DNA of 64,000 bases, taken from positions 1,054,001 to 1,118,000 of the forward strand of contig JBODTK010000016.1 in the NCBI GenBank assembly GCA_050613775.1. The letters run 5' to 3'. Both the position numbers and the translations under genes were made by a program. Positions 54,663-64,000 of this stretch are shown in pieces. Within the stretch, counting starts at the first letter, position 1. Each line of letters begins with the position of its first letter. The DNA comes from Neocallimastix sp. 'constans'. Lineage: Eukaryota. The notes beneath the pieces were generated by a model. That model saw only the letters and a list, made by a program, of their open reading frames with translations. It did not search any database and was not told the origin of the DNA.

Positions 54663-55072
54663 AAATTACAAGGTTGATATATCCCAGGAAGCTACTTTTA
54701 TAGCATTAATTATATTTATTGCATAATTTGTATTAATTTTATCATTTTTCCCATAACTATTTATTATTTTAAAATTAAAATAAATATTATAAACATTAAT
54801 AAATTTATTTATAGAAAATTCATTAAAATTTATTTGAAATTTTAGGATTTTTAAATTAACTAAAATTACTTTAATGCACTCATATATTTCGTTACTGAAC
54901 CGCATATATCAACTCTTGTAGGATTCCTAAAGCATTCTAATGCAGCGGAATCATTATTTGTAATTTTTTTAAAAGTTTCTTCTGTTAATTGTAATGAATA
55001 TTTTATTCTTGAAAGAATTATTATTCCAAAAATAACATTTTTTATATTAATTTGATATATTATTTTTTTCAT
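52758..55072 (-). CDS. Uncharacterised type I membrane protein (putative signal peptide, Cys-containing ectodomain, Asn-rich linker, TM, Ser-rich tail), 6 exons
   Basis: GT-AG exons join in frame from MKKIIYQINIK... through CPFES...CSSRMNNLCSSKVSC, a poly-N linker and TFLFGLCTSVGILIVLLTILYIA to ...SIEIPK*. Confidence 0.7.
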
Positions 55073-57363
55073 TTTTATAATTTATATTAATAAATAATGA
55101 ATATAAATCTTAAGAAATATTGGTATTTGATTTATTGTTTTTATTGATTCTGAAATAATTTAATTTAAATTAATCAAAAATATTTTAAAAACTATTGTAA
55201 AATATAATATTTAATCAATTATTTTAAATAATACGATTATTTTTTTTATCGACATATTTTTTTTTATTTGATTTTAAATTTAAATTTATAAAGTTATTAT
55301 AATATCATCCTTCGTTAAAAATTAATTTTTGTTAAAATTAATAATGCATATTTGATAATTTTATTATATATTAATAAATAATAATTAATATAATTTATAT
55401 CCTTTATTATTTGAAGGAAAACTTTTTTAACTTTATATATATATATATATTTGCTAAATATAGAACAATATAAAATAATATTTATATATATAAATATATA
55501 TATTATATAGAAAACTAATTTTACTTCAAATCAAAACTCCAAATAATGTTAAATTGTTAAATTAATATAATGTATAATAATCATATATATAAAAGATTTA
55601 TAAAGCTATTGTTTTATTTTATTTTAAAAAACAAAACAACACATTGTAATTAAAATTATATATATATAATTTTAATTTATAAAATTTAATTTATTGACTA
55701 TGTATTTATTTTTTATTCTGATTACTTTTGAATATTCAAATATTAAAATTCAATATTTTTATATATATAATTTTTCTTGATTGCTAAATATATATAAAAT
55801 GTTGGCTTCTATCTATGGCTTTTAAATATAATATGCCAATAAATTTTTATTTTATGAGATTAATTTAACTTTTAATTGTAATATTCAAAAAAAAATTATG
55901 AAAAAATATTTATTTTTATACATATATTTTGTCTTATACGAATACAATATATAAATTGTCAGATTGAGGAATATTATTTCAATTTTATCATTAACAATAT
56001 ATAAATTGTTAAGTATGAAAAAAAAAAAGTATAAAATTTATACTTTATCAAATATAATTTTTTTTGAATTTTATCAAAATGTATTTTTTTTTATATAAAG
56101 TTTTTTAAATTTAATTTTTTTCTTTTCTTTTTTTTTATTATTATACTTTATTCTTATTTTTAATATAAATGTATTTTTCTTATAATATTATGATTTTTAT
56201 TTAATGTTATAATAATTATTGATTTTATTTATTTGTTATTCATTATTTTTTAATCGTTTATAAGTAATCTTCTATATAATAATATATATAGAAGCATAGA
56301 TAAAAAAATAGCGTATAAAATTTTTTTAGGAAATCAAAAATTCAATTATATAATTATTATTATTAATTATAATTAATTATATCAATATTATTTCATAAAT
56401 ATTTTTAATTAATATAATTTTTTATTTATAATAAGAAATATTAATAATAACAAATATTAATTAATATTATATAATAAATATGGTAATTATATAATTTTAT
56501 ATATAATAAAGTTTATTTTACAAACTAAATTCAAGTTACTTTTTATTATTTATAATTTATTAATAATAATTATTAAAATTTATTATTATTACACTATTAT
56601 TTTAATATTAAATATTTTAAAAATTTCTTTTAGTTTGTTAAAAAGTAATGTTAATTTTTTTTTTAATTTTAAATAATAATAATAATAATCATATTAAATA
56701 ATGAAATATTTATCATTTAATGAATTACTATTTACTAAATAAAAAAGAAATTAATACAAAAAAGATGATTTATAGAATATATATTTTACACATATTTAAT
56801 ATATTTATTATTTATTATTTATTTATTTATTATTCATATATTAATAAATAATAGTAGATAACTTTATAAATGTATAAGAAATTGATAATTTAAATATTTT
56901 ATTATATAATTAATAACAGTAAAAATATAATATTTAATAACATATATATGTTTCCTTTAAAAAAAAAAAAAATAGGAAAAAGTAATATGGACAATTTATA
57001 ATTTAATACTTCTTATTATGTAAATTTAGTATTTATTGATGATTATTACAAACACAATTACTACCAATATTTCAATATTTCGTATTTTTTTAATTATTTA
57101 TTGAAATTTATTTATAATAAATTTTTTTATTTCAAAAAATGATTATACTTTACAAAATAAATATGAATATATTAGTATTAATTTCATTTCATTGTATTTC
57201 ATTATGATTGTTTAAAAAAAAAAAAAAAAATACTATTATAATACAAATAATTAATAAAAATAAATATATTATGTATAACAAATTAAAATTAGTATAATAG
57301 CATGTAATTCAATACATTTTTATTTTTTTTATATATAAACTTTAAAAATTAATTAATAATTAC

Positions 57364-57400
<37 letters not shown>

Positions 57401-59174
57401 TTATTATTATAATTAATTTCCAATTATCTTGTGAGGTATTTAAATTATTATCAAATTAGTAATATGTATATTTTATCATACTTATATATAATTTAATATA
57501 CTATTTGAATATATTTGAATATATTTGATTAATTACAGTTAATTTTCAATATCACATTAATAAATAAACTTTATTAAATAGGATCTTATGTAATATGAGA
57601 ATTTTTATTTTTTTTTTATTTTATTTTAATGCCTTTTTTTTTTTTTTTTTTAAATATATATTAAAAATATATATTAAATTCCTTTAAAGAGTAATATATT
57701 TATTTTTTTAAAAAATATAATTTAATATTTAATATACTTCTATTGAATAAATTCTTATTAAATTAATTTTAAATTTTTTTTATATATATTATATATTTTA
57801 TATATTGACTTAATTATCGTTTTATCTCCATTTAACCCTCTTTGATTCTTTGAAGGTTACACAAATCTATGATATTTATTTATTATGTATATGAAAAAAA
57901 AAGTTCTATTGTAAGAAAAAAATTAAAAAATTATGAATGATTAACAAACAAAAATAAAAGGATTTATAATAGTTTTAATATTTATTATTATTAACATAAT
58001 AATAATACTTTGGATATATATATATATTTTTTTTACTCGTAAAAAACGAATAATAAATTTAAAGTTGATTTTATTTGTTTTTATTAAAATTTTTTATATA
58101 TAATAATTAATCTAATGACAACTTCTTTTAAATTTCTTTCTAATATATATATAATTAAAGAATTAATATTAACAAAAAAAAATTTTTTTTTTCTTTTTTT
58201 GTTATAAAAGTTTTTATTATAATGTTTTTTTATTTTTTTTTTTGTTTGTTTGTTTTTTGTTTTTATTTTTATTTTTGTTTCGTTTTTCAATTGTATATTC
58301 GTAAACTAATATATAAAATACTAAAACACATATATAAATCTATTAATATACCAAACAAGTAAGCAAACGAACAAAACAAAACAAAAAACAAAAAACAAAA
58401 AACAAAAACTTTCTTTTTGTAATAATATTATAAATGTTTTTATATTAATATAATCATTATAGGGCATTGTTTAATATATGAATCATCAAATCTAATAAAT
58501 GAATAAGAAAGGTAAATACAAAAATACATTATTTTATAATTAGTAAATATTTTATATTATGTCAAATGTATTGATATCATAATTAATAATTAATATGTAA
58601 TATTTAATGTAGTTTTTACTAATGTTTACTATTTAATATAGTTTTTACTAATGTTTACTATATAATATTTAATATAGTTTTTACTAATGTTTACTATATA
58701 TGGTATTATTGTTATATCATCTATTACAATTTTAAATATATTTTATTTATTATAATAAATAATATATATGTATATGTATATATATAACTATTAAATAATA
58801 TATTGGATATGAATAGAAAATTGCCTAATTACATATAAATTTTGATTTAAATGAAATATATCTTTAATAAGTTTCTCTAATTCTTTATTTTAGTAGTATT
58901 TTTTAATACTATATCTCGGAGTAAACAACTTTCTTTTCCAAAATCAGAAGTACTATTATATTTCATTCATATATAATTTACATCAACTGTTCAAGATTTA
59001 TATTTTAATTTTTGAATTTAAGCTACAACAGTACCATATAATTATTGTTCTTAAAAACCATCAAAATTACATATTATTTTTAATTACATTTTATATTAAT
59101 AAAATATATATTAACAAAGAAAAAAAAGTATTACTACAATAATATCATAATATATATTGGTATTAATTTAATAT

Positions 59175-61150
59175 GAATGTGTTACATTTCAGGAAAGCTA
59201 CATATCGTATTGTATAATAATGTGGCTTTTATATTAGTAAATTTAACGCCATAAATTTTTTAATATTTTTTGATACAAACAATAAATACATAAATAAATA
59301 AATAAATATTGTAAAAAGAGAATATGTTGCATTTCGCCATTTTTATAATGCAAATTTTCTATACGCCGTTTATTTTTAATGGCTTGTAAAATTTTTTGTA
59401 ATGCCATAAAAAATTTTTAAATACAATTATATGTAAAAAGAATAAATGCATAAATAAATAAAGAATGTAATAATATAAGTATATAAAATAAAATAAAAAA
59501 AATAAGATAAAATAAAATATAATAAATAGTAGAAATATTAAAATAAGTACAGATTAAATAAAATAAAATAAATGGTAGAAATATTAAAATAAGTACAGAT
59601 TGAATAAAATAAAATAAATAGTAGAAATATTAAATAAAAGAATAATTTTTAATAACATTTATTTTTTTATATAATTCTTTTATTAATAACATTTATATAA
59701 AAGAATTAAAATCATAAGAACTATTATATGATTTATTTAATTATTCACTTAATAATTAATATAAAAATTGAAGTAACAAAATAATACAATAAAATAATAG
59801 AATGTAGTATAATATCTAAAGCCACACTTTTATATATATCAGTGAAAATTGGCGAAATGCAACCTCCCAGTAAAAAGACTTAAAAAGTATTATATTTTTA
59901 TATAATAAATAATTTAATTTACAATAAAAATAAATGAATAAAAAAAAAAAATTTAATATAAATAATAAATAATTAATCTTAAAAAATAAAGTATTTTCTT
60001 AAAAATTCTTTATGATTTAAATAATTATTAAATTCGAAATAAAACGAAGAAAAAATAATTAAAAGAATGTTTAATTTTACATTTAAAAAAAAAAATAATA
60101 ACTCTAAAGTATAGAGATGTACTGAATATAAAACTTTTAATAAATGTAAATCCATTATTTTAAACAATAAGAAGGTGATTTTAAAATACAAAAGTTAACA
60201 TAATCATCTTGAAAAAGAATTTGATCGATTGCAAAGCATAAAATTAAAGATGAAATTAGAAAAAGTTCAATTCTTTTGGGTATAAAATCTAAACGTAACA
60301 AAATTTGATGAAATTCCTGATGGATCAAAATAGTAAGAAATGAGAATTTTATAATATTTCAAAAATCCTAATTTAATAATCTTCCAATCCCCATCATTCC
60401 AAATAAAAATTGCTTATGAAATAAAATGAAGTTTTATTTACCGATGGTACTTTTTGTGTTGCACCTAAATTTGGTTATCAAGTGTTCATTACTAGATTTT
60501 ATATTAGGAATTTAAATAGTTTTTATACAATTTCTTTTTCAATAATAAAAAAATAAAGAATAAGCTACTTATGAGATGTTATTTGAAGAAATATAAATAA
60601 AAAAAAAATCTAATAAATATAGCAATTGTACTATAATTACTCCAAAAATTTTTTCATTATGATTTCTAAAAAGGCATATCTAATGGAGCAGGAAAAAATT
60701 TTTTTAATATAAATATTAAATACTATATTTGGCACTATAAAAGGAGTATTTAAGTTTTTTAAAAAAATGAATTATGTTATAATAACGTTAAATATAATAA
60801 TATATATATATATTATGAAGTGATTTCGAACTTACTTTTATAAATACTGAATATATACTTGATATTTATTGTAAAATTAGGTATTAAACAATAATAATGA
60901 CCAATTTTTGAAATTTTTAGAATATATATTTTTTTTAAATTATTATAACAATACAGAACATATAGCATCAATATTTCAATAATTATTTAAATAATTTTTT
61001 TTAAAAAAAAAAAATCTTTTTATAAATTAATATATTGAAGCAAGAAAAAACTTTTATCTTATAATGATTAAAAGGAAAAGTTCAGGAGTTTAAAAAAAAA
61101 AAAAAAAAAAAGAATTAGGAAAAATTGATGAAATCGTTATTTTAATTTTT
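59175..61150 (+). mobile_element. Second, more decayed MULE copy (transposase relic ~60030-61140) hosting the MITE
   Basis: RCTEYKTFNKCKS...HNH, TDGTFCVAPKFGYQVFITR, HYDF*KGISNG and IWHYKR are colinear with the 41-kb copy. Terminal-like GAATGTGTTACATTTC at 59175. Confidence 0.8.
59320..59869. mobile_element. Non-autonomous MULE-type MITE, 550 bp, 9-bp TSD GTAAAAAGA
   Basis: Inverted core GTTGCATTTCGCCA (59326-59339) / TGGCGAAATGCAAC (59850-59863), each 6 nt from the element end. GTAAAAAGA lies at 59311-59319 and 59870-59878. Confidence 0.8.
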
Positions 61151-61288
61151 TATACTATATAATGAAAGCTTTTTTTTTTTTTTTTTTTTTTAATGAAAAT
61201 AATATTAAATGCTTTTATTATTAATTTTATATCTATATCGTTAATTTTATGAATACTATAAAATTAATAAACATAAAGGATTAATAAG

Positions 61289-61320
<32 letters not shown>

Positions 61321-62419
61321 TTTTATTTAAATATCTTATTTTTAAAGAATATTTTATTTATTTATTAAACATTTTATAAAATTTTTAATTTTAATATTTA
61401 ATATTTATATTAATATATGGATTTTTTTTTTTAACTAATATATATATATATTATATAAGAATATTTAAAGAGTAATTTTTTTTTTGTTAGTTTTAAATAC
61501 TTTTTATAGATGATAAGAATATTTTATTTTTTTTTTATATATATAATAAAATTTCAAAAAAAAAAAATATATATCTTTAACCCTAATTTACCATGAATAA
61601 TACAAATGGATGATGTAAAACCTAATAACTCTCCAATTCATAATATAAAATTTATTAATGTATACAATAATTATAAATTTAAGGGTTTTATTCATATAAA
61701 TGAAATTTTAAAGGATTAAAAAATTTAATCACAAAAAACGCTGAACATTCAGTAAGCCTTCCAGCAGGGACAATATCGGCTTAGGTGAAAGCGTACGGAA
61801 GTGTTGTAACTACCTCAATATTCCTATTCCTTGAAGGTTGGGCTGAAAATAAGGGCGTTATATACTGAAAGAAAAAAAAAATCACAAAAATGGAATAAAA
61901 GGATTAAAAGTTTTACTCCCAAAAATGAAGGTATATTTTACAGTAGAAAATGGGTAATATTTTAAATATAATATAGAAAAAATATATTAAACATATAAAT
62001 ATAAATATTAATAGTAAATACCTCTATATAAATGATTATTTACACATAGCTAATAAATATAAAATGAAATACACATATTCACCAATAAACTAAATTATTC
62101 TTTAAGGATAGTATAGGGATGAATAATAGAAAATGTGAAATATATATGTTAAATTAGCTTTAAATGTGTTGAAACATATTTTAATATAAAATAATATATA
62201 GGCCACATTGTGAATATATAAACATGTAATTTGTATTAAAAATGAATATTAATATTTCTCTTATATATTAATAAAATTGACTCATATATTATTGGAATTA
62301 ATAATAATAAAAGGTTTAAATTTTATATATTATTATTTAAATTTTTTTTTTTTTATTATGAAAGTCATCAAAATTTTTGAAAGCATATCTTAACATGTCA
62401 AATTATATAGAAATTTTAT

Positions 62420-62466
<47 letters not shown>

Positions 62467-63239
62467 CTTTAATTATATTTCTAACTCTATTTCTAAATAG
62501 GACTTAAAAAATATAATTTACATATAATAAAAAAAATATAGACTATATATTGATATTATATTACAATAAATAATTTATCATATGATATTTAGTAAGAAAA
62601 TATAAATGAGCTATTCAAAATTAAAATTTATTTTATAAAATATATTAATTTTTTATTTTTTTTTTATATTTGCTATTATTTGCTATTTGTATTATTTATA
62701 TTTAGTAGATATAAATATATAAATATAAATAATAGATATATATATATATATATATATTTTTTAAATAGCATTTATTATCCATTTTAACTGTGTCAACTTT
62801 TATATTTCTATATAATTTGTGAATTATGTTAAAAAAAAATTAACAATTATATAAATGAATTATTGATCAAATAAATTATATAATAATACTTTTTTTTTTT
62901 TTTTTAAAAAGAAAAATCTTTATTATTTTTAACTATTAATAATTAATCTGTATTTTTTAATTTATAATAGTTAAAATAATTAAGATTTTTTTTAATCAAT
63001 GATTAATTATTAGATCGTAAATTTTTCCTTTCAAGAAAATGAAAAAAAAATATACTGTATTTTTTTTTTTTACAATTAATATTTGGAAGGGTAATATTAA
63101 TTATTACTAATAAAAAATTTATATTGTTATAAATTAATAGGAATGATGATGCTCTAGTAATATGAATGACATATAATGGTCTTAAATAATTAGGAAATAT
63201 TATATTCAAATAAGAATAATTCATAATAATAATAATAAT

Positions 63240-63900
63240 AATAAATAATAAATAATGAATAATGAATAATAAATAATGAATAATAAATAATAAATAATAA
63301 ATAATAAATAATAAATAATAAATAATAAATAATAAATAATAAATAATAAATAATAAATAATAAATAATAAATGATTAAATAATAAATAATAAATAATAAA
63401 TAATAAATAATAAATAATGAATAATGAATAATGAATAATGAATAATAAATAATAAATAATAAATAATAAATAATAAATAATAAATAATAAATAATAAATA
63501 ATAAATAATAAATAATAAATAATATATAAAATAAATAAATAATTAATAATAAATAATAAATAATAAATAATAAATAATAAATAATAAATAATAAATAATA
63601 AATAATAAATAATAAATAATAAATAATAAATAATAAATAATAAATAATAAATAATAATTAATAATTAATAAATAAAAAATAATAAATAATTAATAATTAA
63701 TAAATAAAAAATAATAAATAATAAATAATAAATAATAAATAATAAATAATAAATAATAAATAATAAATAATAAATAATAAATAATAAATAATAAATAATA
63801 AATAATAAATAATAAATAATAAATAATAAATAATAAATAGTAAATAGTAAATAGTAAATAATAAATAATAAATAATAAATAATTAATTAATAATAAATAA
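63240..63900. repeat. Heptamer satellite (TAATAAA)n with TAATGAA/TAGTAAA variants, the reverse complement of the 6.6-7.3 kb array unit
   Basis: Read directly. Confidence 0.95.
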
Positions 63901-64000
63901 CAATTATAATAATAATAATGAAAATGAAGGTAATATAATATATTATTAATAAAAAAGAATAGTAATAATTTGGTAATTCTTTTATATAGAAAAATCTTAT

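Noticed and set aside
58860..59050. Coding-like minus-strand fragment
   Set aside because: Multiple stops and no recognisable motif, so no call can be supported.
61741..61800. Hammerhead ribozyme (CTGA...GAAA)
   Set aside because: The core reads CTGAACA rather than CTGANGA and the required stems could not be built.
63240..63900. Telomeric repeat
   Set aside because: No G-rich strand, unique sequence resumes after it, and the same unit occurs internally at 6.6 kb.

Overview
Extremely AT-rich (estimated by eye at roughly 85% AT), intron-rich eukaryotic DNA with GT-AG introns and many (TTA)n, (TAAA)n and poly-A/T tracts. Composition and gene content point to a fungus, most likely an anaerobic gut fungus (Neocallimastigomycota); this is inference. 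I spliced ten protein-coding genes by hand: a casein kinase 1-like kinase (3'-truncated by the window edge), a coiled-coil protein with a possible Rab11-FIP-like tail, RTF1, a double-PAN/apple membrane protein, HIS7 (hisHF), separase (ESP1), a HAL/NPR-family-derived pseudokinase, U1-70K, EMC10 and an uncharacterised type I membrane protein. Mobile DNA comprises two decayed Mutator (MULE) transposase copies, a 550-bp MULE-type MITE with a 9-bp TSD and a Ty1/copia pol relic. The most interesting signal is the HIS7 5' leader: a GC-enriched, sense-strand-structured segment with two overlapping hairpins and candidate 5' splice sites on either side of an upstream ATG. This resembles the layout of fungal riboswitch-controlled alternative splicing but matches no aptamer I recognise. 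Exon borders are manual predictions and no searches were run.
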